This document shows positions 37,978 through 47,456 of a stretch of DNA of 64,000 bases, piece after piece; position 1 is the stretch's first letter; each line of letters begins with the position of its first letter. The stretch lies in IMG/VR virus record IMGVR_UViG_3300048796_000029, positions 1-64,000 of that record, one strand, 5' to 3'. Position numbers and translations under genes: made by a program. The notes under the pieces are model-generated. The model saw only the letters and a list, made by a program, of their open reading frames with translations. It was not told the DNA's origin and did not search any database. This DNA is from a virus (taxonomy: Duplodnaviria; Caudoviricetes).

Positions 37978-38295
37978 ATGCAACTTGTAGACAAGGCCAA
38001 GAGTGCCTTCTCCTCCGTCATGGCGTGGGCCAAGACCATTCCGTCTGAACCGAACGGCAGCGGTAGTTCAAGCCGCGTCATTGCACTCATGACGGCAGCA
38101 ACACTTATGGGTTTGATGATTGCGTTCTTTCACGCACGTCACGATCTTCCAACACCGGGCCAGCTTTACGGTATCGCTTCCATCCTCGGCACAGGCATTG
38201 GCGCTTACATGGCGAACAAGCTGCACAAACACGATGACGGAGACGACGACCAACCTGATCCACCGCAAGGAGGAGCAGATGCTTCCCATCAGTAG
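37978..38295 (+). CDS. Two-TM membrane protein (holin-like)
   Basis: Two hydrophobic helices; acidic tail. Confidence 0.5.
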   Translation: MQLVDKAKSAFSSVMAWAKTIPSEPNGSGSSSRVIALMTAATLMGLMIAFFHARHDLPTPGQLYGIASILGTGIGAYMANKLHKHDDGDDDQPDPPQGGADASHQ

Positions 38296-38752
38296 CTTTC
38301 ACGATTTCGTGCAGAGTCCTTTTTACACCGAAGGCAAGTTCTGGATAGCCGCAGCCGGGCTACTCTGGACCCTCTCGCAAGCATCCAACCGCGTCATGAA
38401 CTGGTTCAGGGAAGTGAAGGAAGTTGTCCTGCACAAACTTCAGACCAGCATCGACAAGGTGGGCACCGACCTATCCACACAGACGGTGCAGATGTCCAAC
38501 AACTCGAAGGATCAACTCGAAGCTATATCACGCGGCTTCGAGGGCAATGCCTTTCACATCGTGGAAGGGTTCAAGAACAACACCAATGCAATCGTTGGTG
38601 AACTTCGTGAGCAGCGGGCCGACTTGCGTATGCTGTACATGCAACCTCTCGTAGCCGCCAACGCGAAGGCCCGGCGCAAGCCTGCCAAGCTCGTAGCCAA
38701 CTCCAAGCCCAAGAAGAAACCGCCAATCAAGAAGACTGCCGCCAAGCGGTAG
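38279..38752 (+). CDS. Single-TM coiled-coil protein
   Basis: AGGAG RBS, ATG 38279. Confidence 0.6.
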   Translation: MLPISSFHDFVQSPFYTEGKFWIAAAGLLWTLSQASNRVMNWFREVKEVVLHKLQTSIDKVGTDLSTQTVQMSNNSKDQLEAISRGFEGNAFHIVEGFKNNTNAIVGELREQRADLRMLYMQPLVAANAKARRKPAKLVANSKPKKKPPIKKTAAKR

Positions 38753-38782
38753 TTGACAGGAAACCACAACCTGTGGTATACT
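38753..38782 (+). promoter_or_regulatory. sigma70-type promoter
   Basis: TTGACA-18 nt-TATACT with TGTGG; spacer contains the ACCACA/TGTGGT inverted repeat. Confidence 0.75.
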
Positions 38783-38820
38783 GTTTTTGAAGTAACAGTA
38801 CGGATCGTACATGGAGGAAG

Positions 38821-40161
38821 ATGGGAAGCAAACAAGGCATCAAGCGCAATCTTTTGATTGCCGATCTTCAGGCAGTAGCAGCAAAGAACCCTAAGGTGAT
38901 TGTCACGCGGAATTTCTACCGCAGCCGTGGCAAGTACCCAGAGGCATCGTGGCAGGCTCACTTCGCCACGTTCAGGGAGTTCGCGCAAGCGGCAGACATC
39001 AACGTCATTCCTAAACCAGACCTTATCCACAAACCTACTGAAATCAATGAAGTAGAGGGAGACGTGTGGACAGTAACTCTGCCTAAAACACGCATTCATA
39101 CGCTTCCTGAACTCCTCGAACATTGTAAAGCCGACTTGACTGCGTGGCAGATTGAGAGATTCACCGCAAAGGCGTGGGAGATGGGCTACAAGGATGCCGA
39201 TGGTAAGGGAGATCATTACCCTCTCTATGCGGTATCAGCCACATTCAAGCGTAGAGTAGAGGTCGTAGAAGCAATCGCTGAGTTGGCACGTTTGAAGGCC
39301 GATGCTAAGGCTGCGGCTCATACACCCAAGGCTGTAATTCGCCGGTTAGTAAAGTCTGGTAAGTTACTTGAAGTCTCTCTGTTCGATGCTCACTTTGGAA
39401 AGATGGCGTGGCCCAAAGAGACAGGTGGTATACCTTACGACACCACCATTGCAGAGCACATGTACCTTCGTGCTCTGGACGCACTGATCGAGCGCAGCAA
39501 GGGATTTGAATACGAAGGTATTGTTTTTCCTATCGGAAACGATCTCTTGAACGCCGATGACCTTGAAGGGAGAACCACGGCAGGCACGTTTGTCAGCAGT
39601 GATGGTAGGTTCTATAAAACCTTCACGACCGTGCGTCGAGTCATTACTGAGAGCATCGAGCGACTCCGAAAGTTAGCCCCTGTCAAAGTCATCGTTGTGC
39701 AAGGCAACCATGATCGTGTCAGCAGTTGGTGTCTTGGAGATTCATTGGAGTGCTGGTTTCATAACTACTCAGATGTAGAGATAGATAACAACCCAACTAC
39801 CCGCAAGTATCATCAGTATGGGCAGAACATGCTCATGTTTTGCCACGGTGATAAGGGCAACCGTAATGGGTACCCGCTTCTGATGGCTACCGAGAAGCCT
39901 GAAATGTTTGGAGCTACCAAGTTCCGTGAAGCACACACAGGGCACCTTCACAAGACCAAGCTGGATGAGCAGAACGGTGTTCGTGTTCGTATATTACCTA
40001 GCCTTAGCCCAGCCGACTCATGGCACTCCGAGAACGGGTTTGTTGGCAACCAGCGCAATGCGGAAGCGTATGTCTGGGATAGAGAAGAAGGGTTAGTGGC
40101 GCAATTCTACTATAACGACGATGCCCAGCCGGAGATTGTAACAAAGCGGACGGTGGTGTGA
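38821..40161 (+). CDS. Calcineurin-like metallophosphoesterase
   Basis: DAHFG, GNDL, GNHD, HGD and GHLH motifs. Confidence 0.85.
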   Translation: MGSKQGIKRNLLIADLQAVAAKNPKVIVTRNFYRSRGKYPEASWQAHFATFREFAQAADINVIPKPDLIHKPTEINEVEGDVWTVTLPKTRIHTLPELLEHCKADLTAWQIERFTAKAWEMGYKDADGKGDHYPLYAVSATFKRRVEVVEAIAELARLKADAKAAAHTPKAVIRRLVKSGKLLEVSLFDAHFGKMAWPKETGGIPYDTTIAEHMYLRALDALIERSKGFEYEGIVFPIGNDLLNADDLEGRTTAGTFVSSDGRFYKTFTTVRRVITESIERLRKLAPVKVIVVQGNHDRVSSWCLGDSLECWFHNYSDVEIDNNPTTRKYHQYGQNMLMFCHGDKGNRNGYPLLMATEKPEMFGATKFREAHTGHLHKTKLDEQNGVRVRILPSLSPADSWHSENGFVGNQRNAEAYVWDREEGLVAQFYYNDDAQPEIVTKRTVV

Positions 40162-40613
40162 AAAAGGGAACATTCAAGTCCCACTGTATCCACGGGCATG
40201 TACGGACTGCGGATACAGTGGACAAGAAAAACGGTTGCTGCATAACTTGCCGCGCATTACGTACTAAGAAGTGGAACCAATCGGAGCGTGGGCGAAAGAT
40301 TCATGCGGAGTATAACAAAGGCTGGGCACAACGCAATCCAGAAAAGATACTCAACATAAACCTGAAGCGCATGTACGGTGTAACACTTACCGAGTATAAC
40401 TACATTCTGGAGGAGCAAGGCGGATGCTGCGCCATTTGCAAGCGTGAGCTAACCGCCAGAGCGCAAGGCGGCCCCGGCAGGCCGGTTGTAGACCATAGGC
40501 ACCATGATTCAAAGGTGCGAGGTATTCTTTGCTCAAACTGTAACTGTGGAATTGGATTTCTCCAAGACGATCCTATAATTCTGGAGAAAGCAGCCGAGTA
40601 CCTCAAGAAGTAA
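40158..40613 (+). CDS. Endonuclease VII-like HNH endonuclease
   Basis: CAIC...VDHRHHDSKVRGILCSNCNCGIG. Confidence 0.88.
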   Translation: MKKGTFKSHCIHGHVRTADTVDKKNGCCITCRALRTKKWNQSERGRKIHAEYNKGWAQRNPEKILNINLKRMYGVTLTEYNYILEEQGGCCAICKRELTARAQGGPGRPVVDHRHHDSKVRGILCSNCNCGIGFLQDDPIILEKAAEYLKK

Positions 40614-41075
40614 ATGTCAGGGAGAGACATGGCTGAAGAAACAGGCTTAGTGATCGTACCGCGATCAAAAGCAGGCACCACCAATCCAAAAGACCTCGTA
40701 GGCAACACCAAGGTCTCGCTCACAAAACTACCCGCTGTTGCGGTCGCGCATGGCGCTATGGCTATGATGGATGGTGCTACAAAGTATGGAGCATTCAACT
40801 GGCGCGACAAGGCCGTTGTCTCCAGCATCTATGTTGACGCCGCGATGCGGCATCTCCAATGCTGGTTCGAGGGACAGGAAGTCGCCAGCGACAGCAAGGT
40901 GCATCATCTCGGTCACGCAATAGCATGTTGCGCGATTCTGCTAGACGCGCAAGCAAAAGGCAAGCTCGTGGACGACCGACCGAAAGACGAAGCCGACCTC
41001 GACTTCATGGAGAAGCAACTCGAAGCCCTAAGCACAATCATCAAAGCGAAGCGGGCGGCAAAGGCGGGAGCATGA
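40614..41075 (+). CDS. dATP/dGTP diphosphohydrolase-like protein (DUF5664-type)
   Basis: GATKYGAFNWR...YVDAAMRHL...HHLGHAIAC. Confidence 0.75.
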   Translation: MSGRDMAEETGLVIVPRSKAGTTNPKDLVGNTKVSLTKLPAVAVAHGAMAMMDGATKYGAFNWRDKAVVSSIYVDAAMRHLQCWFEGQEVASDSKVHHLGHAIACCAILLDAQAKGKLVDDRPKDEADLDFMEKQLEALSTIIKAKRAAKAGA

Positions 41076-41269
41076 GCACAGTCGCGCGTAAACACATCAT
41101 CGCCGCAATAGAAGTTGCGGGCACCCTCCTGTCCTATCCGAAGTATGCGATCCAAGCCAGCTACTATCAGGGCAAGGATCGTCGCATCGGTGAGTTCGGG
41201 TGGACAATCAGTGTAGTACCGGAGAAGAAACCAGTTGCCGCGAGACGCAAGCGGAAAGTTCGTCCGTAA
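41072..41269 (+). CDS. Small hypothetical protein
   Basis: ATGA coupling at 41072. Confidence 0.55.
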   Translation: MSTVARKHIIAAIEVAGTLLSYPKYAIQASYYQGKDRRIGEFGWTISVVPEKKPVAARRKRKVRP

Positions 41270-41600
41270 GGACGGTCAACAGTTTGGGACGTACGTCGAT
41301 GAGAAAGGCTACCCGCGCATCAGCGCAGGCCCGTTCACTGGCGTACGAGTCCATACGCTCGTCGCACAAGCTATGCTCAAGCGCGACCTCCTGCCAACAG
41401 AGGACGTAAACCATAAGAATCAGAACAAGCTCGACTGCCACTGGACAAACCTTGAAGTCATAGACCACACGGCCCACGGCTATGTGAGTGCGGCGCAGGC
41501 CCAATACATGCGGCGGAAGGAAGAGTACGAGCGCCAACAGTTTGAGGAACACGAAGCAGAAGCCGTGTCGTTCGATCCGGCCAAGCTAGGAGACGCATGA
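41235..41600 (+). CDS. HNH endonuclease
   Basis: RVHTLVA...DVNHKNQNKLDCHWTNLEV. Confidence 0.82.
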   Translation: MPRDASGKFVRKDGQQFGTYVDEKGYPRISAGPFTGVRVHTLVAQAMLKRDLLPTEDVNHKNQNKLDCHWTNLEVIDHTAHGYVSAAQAQYMRRKEEYERQQFEEHEAEAVSFDPAKLGDA

Positions 41601-41926
41601 ATCGTCGCACCAAGATAACCTTCCCTGTGTTCGGGTACACTATGGTTGTGGTCTTAGCCAAGAACCTAATGCGAACAGGAAAGCGCCTCAAAGTTGATCT
41701 ATCAGATGCCAGAGCAGCTTTCGTCACTGATCCGACGCAGCCAAAGAAAGGTTGGATCATATTCGGCGAGGAGCCGGATGAGAACACCGTAGCTCATGAG
41801 GCTTCTCATGCCGTCCGCACAATGTTGCGCACGGCTGGGGCACGGTGTGACGACGAGGTATTCGCTTACCATCTGGATCATCTTGTACTGCGCATCCACA
41901 AGTTTTTGAAGAGAGGTAGCAAATGA
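41597..41926 (+). CDS. Hypothetical protein with HExxH motif
   Basis: VAHEASH...EVFAY. Confidence 0.6.
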   Translation: MNRRTKITFPVFGYTMVVVLAKNLMRTGKRLKVDLSDARAAFVTDPTQPKKGWIIFGEEPDENTVAHEASHAVRTMLRTAGARCDDEVFAYHLDHLVLRIHKFLKRGSK

Positions 41927-42132
41927 AAGCCAAAGTACGAAGTCTGTTCAAACTGCCGTTCGTCATCGAATCAACTTCGGTGCAACCCGTGGCTCATCCC
42001 GAGAGCCGCTTCAACCCGCAGAACGACGTGGAGAGCCGCTTCAACCCTGAACCCGATCTACAGAGCCGATTCAATCCAACTGGCAAGCCGGACTGCAATG
42101 CCCTGCAAGAAGCCTTCGATGCCAAAGGTTGA
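41923..42132 (+). CDS. Small hypothetical protein with a short SRFNP repeat
   Basis: GAGG RBS; three SRFNP units. Confidence 0.5.
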   Translation: MKAKVRSLFKLPFVIESTSVQPVAHPESRFNPQNDVESRFNPEPDLQSRFNPTGKPDCNALQEAFDAKG

Positions 42133-42242
42133 CAAGTACGTTCTCATCATCGCCGCCGCCCTCGTCTTGCTCGTCAAGATGGGGGTGTCAATTTCGTTCT
42201 AGGATGGAACTAAAGTGGTAGTAAACTTTTAGGAGGGTAATT

Positions 42243-43061
42243 ATGAGTACCGTAACTACACCAGTAACCACGCTGGCTGCTGCATCTGGGTTGGACACAT
42301 TGCGGACAGAGATAACCAAGGTACAATCCACGGTGAAGACCGATGCGAACAAGGCAGAGTCGTGGCTAAAGGTTCACGAGCGCATTATCTTGGCCCTGAT
42401 AATTAGCTTGGCCCTGTTACTCGGCAGCTTCAAGTACCTCGGCGTCGTCGCCGACCGAGACAAACAGCAGGCCAACATCGCCGCCCAGACACTCGCAGTG
42501 CAGCACGACAAGGACGTGGCGCTGGCACAGCAGGCCCAGCAGGACGCTACTAGCTACAAGGCAACTGTTGCGGCGTTGTCTCAGCAGAATGCCCAGCTTG
42601 TTGCGGCCAGCGCCAGCCGCACTATCGTCCTCCAGCAGCAGCAGGCAACCGACAAGACTTTGCCGATGCCCAATCTCGGCAATCGTTGGGCCTCGCTCAT
42701 CGGCGCACAGCCCGGCGATCTGACCGCGACCACCGCAGGCATCACAGTGACGCCGCAGGCCGCGCTGGACACCACTCTCTCGCTCGAACAGGTGCCTGTG
42801 TTGAAGGCGAATCTCGCCGACGCGCAGACACAAATCACCAACGGCCAAGCAGAACTAGCGAAGGCAAACACCGTGATTACGGATCAGGCCCAGCAGATCG
42901 ACGGACTGGGAACCGAACTCACGGATCAGAAGACAGCGGACGCGAAAGAACTGACTGCGGTGAAAGCACAAGCCCGCAAGGGTAAGCTCCACGCGTTCCT
43001 GTATGGACTAGGAGTGGGAGCAGGAGCCGTAACTGGTCTCGTTGTTCACGCTCTGTTGTAA
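42243..43061 (+). CDS. Membrane-anchored coiled-coil protein (spanin-like, tentative)
   Basis: N-proximal and C-terminal hydrophobic helices flank an Ala/Gln coiled coil. Confidence 0.45.
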   Translation: MSTVTTPVTTLAAASGLDTLRTEITKVQSTVKTDANKAESWLKVHERIILALIISLALLLGSFKYLGVVADRDKQQANIAAQTLAVQHDKDVALAQQAQQDATSYKATVAALSQQNAQLVAASASRTIVLQQQQATDKTLPMPNLGNRWASLIGAQPGDLTATTAGITVTPQAALDTTLSLEQVPVLKANLADAQTQITNGQAELAKANTVITDQAQQIDGLGTELTDQKTADAKELTAVKAQARKGKLHAFLYGLGVGAGAVTGLVVHALL

Positions 43062-43079
43062 GAAAAGAGGCGCACTAAA

Positions 43080-44726
43080 ATGCCCGTAGAAATGGGAGCA
43101 TTTGCATTTCGCATCATGGAACAGAAGTATTCCAAAACCAAAACAGACGGAACCAAAGAGACGTGGGAAGAGATAGCTTACCGCGTGGCTAGTAACGTAC
43201 TCAAGACTATCAATGCCTCAGAAGAACAGATACGTCGTACTGCACAACTCATCGCAGAGCGCAAGTTCATCCCCGGTGGGCGATACCTTTACGCATCGGG
43301 TAATGACTTTCATCAGGTGAACAACTGCCTACTCTGTATTGCAGAGGATAGCCGCGAAGGATGGGGCGATCTGGTCAACAAGGCTATGACCGGATTGATG
43401 TCGGGTGCAGGTCTAGGTGTAGAGTATAGTAAACTGCGCGAAGAAGGTGCCCCTATCCGAAGAACAGGTGGTGTATCCAGCGGGCCTATTGCTCTTATGA
43501 ACGCTGTGAACGAGCTAGGACGCGCATCTAAACAAGGCGGAGATCGCCGCGCAGCGATATGGGCTGGTCTAAACTGGAAGCATAAGGACATCTTCAAGTT
43601 CATCCATCTGAAGGATTGGTCGCCAGAGGTTCGAGCACTAAAAGCTAAGGACTTCAACTTCCCAGCTACGATGGACGGGACTAACATCTCTGTCGGACTC
43701 GACACAGAGTTCTTCATCGCCTACGACAACAAATTCCACGCGCTCCACGACCACGCTCATGAGGTTTATTGGGACGCCGTAAAGCAGATGCTCAAGACCG
43801 GAGAGCCGGGCTTTGCTATCGACGCTAATGAGAACGAGGGAGAGGTAGGCCGTAACGCTTGTACAGAGTTGACTACCCGCGATGACTCCGACATCTGCAA
43901 CCTCGGCTCGATCAACATGGCCCAGATTACCTCTCTGGAGGAGATGCGCGAGGTAGTGAGACTGGCGACCGAGTTCTTGGTAGCTGGGACGCTCTACAGC
44001 GATCTGCCGTACGCGAAGGTAGGCGAGGTAAGGGAGAAGAACAGACGGCTCGGCCTTGGCCTCATGGGGCTTCACGAATGGCTACTCAAGCATGGATATA
44101 AATACGGGCCATGCTTCGAGCTTGCCGACTACATGGAGGTCTACGCAACCAGTGGGTTTTACGCCAACTTGTTGTGTGACAAACTAGGCATCAGTCGCCC
44201 GGTCAAGACGCGGGCCATCGCACCGACAGGAAGTATTGCTATTCTGGCGGAGACCACTTCGGGGCTGGAACCAATGTTCTGCGTGGCCTACAAGCGCCGC
44301 TACCTGAAGGGGGCTACTTGGGCCTATCAGTATGTGGTCGATCCCGTGGCAAAACGTCTGATCGACTCTGGGGTTGACCCAGACCTGATCGAGGATTGCT
44401 ACGACCTAGCAGCGGAGCCAGAGCGACGTGTAGAGTTTCAGGTGTGGCTTCAGCAGTATGTTGACCATTCCATAAGCTCGACCTTGAACCTGCCAGAGTG
44501 GGGCAGCGAATTGAACAATGTGGAAGGAGTTCATCAGTTCGGCACCATGCTGATGCGGCACCTTCCCAAGCTGCGTGGCATGACAGTCTACCCAGACGGT
44601 GCGCGTAGCGGGCAGCCCCTTACAAAGGTGAAGCTGACCACAGCACTCAAACACGGCGACGAGGTATACTTCGAGACCGGAGACGTGTGCGACATAACTC
44701 ATTCAGGAGGAACTTGCGGCTCATAA
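43080..44726 (+). CDS. nrdJ: Ribonucleotide reductase, probably class II (B12-dependent)
   Basis: FIPGGR, NNC, RNACTE, LGLGLMG, APTGS and TVYPDGAR; C-terminal Cys pair; no beta subunit seen in the window. Confidence 0.8.
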   Translation: MPVEMGAFAFRIMEQKYSKTKTDGTKETWEEIAYRVASNVLKTINASEEQIRRTAQLIAERKFIPGGRYLYASGNDFHQVNNCLLCIAEDSREGWGDLVNKAMTGLMSGAGLGVEYSKLREEGAPIRRTGGVSSGPIALMNAVNELGRASKQGGDRRAAIWAGLNWKHKDIFKFIHLKDWSPEVRALKAKDFNFPATMDGTNISVGLDTEFFIAYDNKFHALHDHAHEVYWDAVKQMLKTGEPGFAIDANENEGEVGRNACTELTTRDDSDICNLGSINMAQITSLEEMREVVRLATEFLVAGTLYSDLPYAKVGEVREKNRRLGLGLMGLHEWLLKHGYKYGPCFELADYMEVYATSGFYANLLCDKLGISRPVKTRAIAPTGSIAILAETTSGLEPMFCVAYKRRYLKGATWAYQYVVDPVAKRLIDSGVDPDLIEDCYDLAAEPERRVEFQVWLQQYVDHSISSTLNLPEWGSELNNVEGVHQFGTMLMRHLPKLRGMTVYPDGARSGQPLTKVKLTTALKHGDEVYFETGDVCDITHSGGTCGS

Positions 44727-45015
44727 ATGATTGGAAGATACTTGGCGAGGTAGTTGACAAAAGACGCTACTACCTCGTCGAGTGCAAGTGTGGCTACACA
44801 GACAGACGCCGACAGGATCATGCGGACTCAGGCAGATAGGCAAAGGAGGCACATGCGGATCGTAGGCATACTCAAAGTCGCCCGCTGGCGCGGGTTTTAG
44901 CATGGATGGAGTAGTCAAGATCACTGCCCGCTGGCGCGGGTGGTAACAAGTTTCGTCAAACACGACGATGAGATGAAACGAACAAACAAGGGACGACGCA
45001 TAGTAAGCCTACGAC

Positions 45016-45054
45016 AAAAGCCCCACACCAAGTCATCGGTGTGGGGCCATTTTT
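45016..45054. terminator. Bidirectional intrinsic terminator at the convergence of the two gene blocks
   Basis: AAAA-GCCCCACACC/GGTGTGGGGC-CATTTTT. Confidence 0.75.
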
Positions 45055-45082
45055 GCGTTTGTCAAGTTTTGTAGCAGAAAAA

Positions 45083-45322
45083 CTAGCGCATCCTCATCGC
45101 TTCACCAGTCTCTATCAGCAAATCATGGAGGGACACGAACTCGTGGTCGTCACTGAACTGGCTCTTTCTGTGACCTTCCCATCGCTCGGCGCGTCCGCAG
45201 AAACGGACATACTCCCCTTCTCGTTCGAGATGGAAGCAAGGCGGGCCGCCGTTCATGACAACTTGTTGCCAGTCCATGTGGACAGCGGCGGTGAGCAACT
45301 CAGCGGGTACTATTCGGGGCAT
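45083..45322 (-). CDS. Hypothetical protein
   Basis: Last gene of the coupled minus-strand run. Confidence 0.6.
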   Translation of the reverse strand: MPRIVPAELLTAAVHMDWQQVVMNGGPPCFHLEREGEYVRFCGRAERWEGHRKSQFSDDHEFVSLHDLLIETGEAMRMR

Positions 45323-45681
45323 GACTTGAAGCTCCAGTCCCGGCTCTTCTTGGTCGTGATGATGAGTGACCAGCAGACGCCGTACGGGGTGATGACGTTG
45401 TGGGTGTCGGTAGCCCTACGTCTCATGATCGTCCCGGCAAAGCGGCGATTCCATTGTCCCTCGAACCATTCGAGGTAGCCATTCCACAACAGGATCGTAA
45501 CAAAGCTACACGGGTGATCGTGGCACTGCGGAGCCTCGTTGGGCGCGTACAGGCGATGCAGGTAGATGTTGAAACGCTTACCGCGCCAGATGGCGTACCG
45601 GGTGAACTCTTCCCCGATGTCCTTCCAGCCGATCTCTTTGTGCTTCAGCCTGCGCCGCAGGAAGTCAGCTATTAGTGGCAT
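45310..45681 (-). CDS. Cupin-like protein
   Basis: HDHP...E...H metal-binding pattern; ATG 45681. Confidence 0.65.
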   Translation of the reverse strand: MPLIADFLRRRLKHKEIGWKDIGEEFTRYAIWRGKRFNIYLHRLYAPNEAPQCHDHPCSFVTILLWNGYLEWFEGQWNRRFAGTIMRRRATDTHNVITPYGVCWSLIITTKKSRDWSFKSCPE

Positions 45682-45940
45682 GTTTGTATTCGTCCTTTCC
45701 GTAGACGTGCCACAGGTCGTAGTCCACAACCCGGATGGCCTTTGCTTCGAGAACCTCACACGGAACCATCCATGCTTCAGGAGAGAATTTACAGATGGCC
45801 TCGGCCCGCTCCTAGGAGTAGCGCCCGGCCTTCTCAAGGAAGGCCGAGTAGCCCTTTTCATCGGCGGCCCAGAACAGCATAACCCCTCGGGGCCACAGCG
45901 CCTCGTGCGCCTTGGTGATGATGTAGTATTCTTTTCTCAT
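45665..45940 (-). pseudogene. 91-codon gene with one in-frame TAG at codon 43
   Basis: ATGA-coupled start; ...LEKAGRYS*ERAEAICKFSPEAW... remains open to a stop overlapping the next gene. Confidence 0.6.
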
Positions 45941-46134
45941 CCTGCACCCTGTAGCTTCTCTATGGCCATCGTTGGGGCATCGGGCAACAATTCAATAGCC
46001 TCATCAATCGCTGTTCGCAGTATTCCTACCGTTTCCTCCGCTTTGCACAGAGGGCAGTAATTGAAGAATCCGTCATGGGTGCGGAGCACAACGGCCCCAA
46101 CGTGAGCTTCGCAAACGTAGATACATGCGCTCAT
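45937..46134 (-). CDS. Small Cys/His protein
   Basis: CEAH...CPLC; coupled on both sides. Confidence 0.6.
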   Translation of the reverse strand: MSACIYVCEAHVGAVVLRTHDGFFNYCPLCKAEETVGILRTAIDEAIELLPDAPTMAIEKLQGAG

Positions 46135-46307
46135 AGCTTCACCTGTGCCTTGATGAGCAACTCGACCTGATTCAGTGCGCTTGAAATGTGCTCAAAATCA
46201 AGCGCGTTAGTGGTGTCCTTGCCGTAGCGAACCACAGTGTAAAGGTGGTCGTGAATGCTGTTGAGAGCGTCGATAGCCGTGATGGGTTTCAGTTCAGTTT
46301 GCGGCAT
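46131..46307 (-). CDS. Small hypothetical protein (58 aa; not in ORF track)
   Basis: MPQTELKPITAIDALNSIHDHL...; coupled. Confidence 0.55.
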   Translation of the reverse strand: MPQTELKPITAIDALNSIHDHLYTVVRYGKDTTNALDFEHISSALNQVELLIKAQVKL

Positions 46308-46617
46308 ATTCTTCTTTCATGGTATGGGCGTGATGCCCTGTCCCTTCAAGTGGATTTGGTAAAGCTCCGGTGATCTGCTGTGCCCTCACTTTTGACTTGA
46401 GTCCGTTCAACTTCTTGTCGAGTATCTCGATCAGCGTCTCGATCTGGTTGGCGAACTCGCGCAAGGCGATTGCCTCTGGATCGTGCCCGGCGTTGAACTC
46501 AGACTGAGCGTTGGTGCGGGCCTGCTTCACGATGTCCTTGACGACTTCGATCTGCCCGGCGATCATGCCGCGCTCTCCTGCGCGTTCGAGGTCTTGAACT
46601 GTGAATTGCTTTTCCAT
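46294..46617 (-). CDS. Hypothetical protein
   Basis: Coupled ORF. Confidence 0.6.
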   Translation of the reverse strand: MEKQFTVQDLERAGERGMIAGQIEVVKDIVKQARTNAQSEFNAGHDPEAIALREFANQIETLIEILDKKLNGLKSKVRAQQITGALPNPLEGTGHHAHTMKEEYAAN

Positions 46618-47456
46618 TACCGTAAGTCCTCCAACCGACTGACTTGGAATCCAGCGGCGTGAGCATGACCACCTCCTCCGAACTTTGCAGCTACCTTGGA
46701 TACATCCAATCCATTCTCCGAGGAGCGCAGACTGAACTTATAGTAGTCACCGTCGAAGTAGTACGTCGCCGCGAAGGGGGCATCTTTTGCCATCTCGTGA
46801 CCGGCATCGCTTGAATACTGGTACGGCAGGTTGGCCATAGGGACGCACAAACCGTCGATGAACCCTTTGTACTTGATTTGAGCTAGAAGCTCTTTCAAGT
46901 CCTTCGCCTGCTTGCGGCCTATGGCGAGACCCTCGTTCACGAGAACAGACCAGTTGTCGTAACCGTCACACTGCTTGCGCAGTTGGTTCCATGTCTCGAA
47001 CGAGTAGTCGTGAGAGAAGATGGCGTCACATACTGGTCGAGTTTCTGTGTATTGGAACTTCCACAGGTCTCTATCCTCAACGAACAGGATGAGTTGCGGT
47101 ATTTCCTCTCCGTCATGAAACCACTTCCATGCTAGATGAGCGCCCGATCTGCTCATGTTGAACAGACCTGTGACGGAACCATTCTCGAACAGGGGGGAAA
47201 GTTCTTCCTTGGCGGTCACATGGTGGTCGATGACAAACACCGACTTGGCGACCTTGATGATAGCCTCCATCACCGGGCGCTTGTAACTGAAGTCGAGGAA
47301 GTACACGTCCCTATCCTCAAACTTCTCGGTGGGAATAACCGTACCGTGTACTCCGGGGACGAACTCCCAGTCTGGGTGCTTGAGCCAGCAGGCCCATGCA
47401 GCAGTGAAGCCGTCCATGCAGGGGTAGTGAAACACAACTAAAGGAACTTTGCTCAT
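46617..47456 (-). CDS. DHH/DHHA1-family phosphoesterase
   Basis: HYPCMDG, FLDF, IDHH and GGGGHAHAAGF motifs. Confidence 0.88.
   Translation of the reverse strand: MSKVPLVVFHYPCMDGFTAAWACWLKHPDWEFVPGVHGTVIPTEKFEDRDVYFLDFSYKRPVMEAIIKVAKSVFVIDHHVTAKEELSPLFENGSVTGLFNMSRSGAHLAWKWFHDGEEIPQLILFVEDRDLWKFQYTETRPVCDAIFSHDYSFETWNQLRKQCDGYDNWSVLVNEGLAIGRKQAKDLKELLAQIKYKGFIDGLCVPMANLPYQYSSDAGHEMAKDAPFAATYYFDGDYYKFSLRSSENGLDVSKVAAKFGGGGHAHAAGFQVSRLEDLR

Noticed and set aside
45059-45066. Minus-strand TTGACA near the convergence terminator, and + strand TTGACA at ~44754
   Set aside because: No acceptable -10 hexamer at 16-18 nt spacing.
45812-45814. Genome-wide TAG recoding
   Set aside because: Several well-supported genes end in TAG right before the next gene (e.g. 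21383, 29321), and long ORFs are intact under the standard code.
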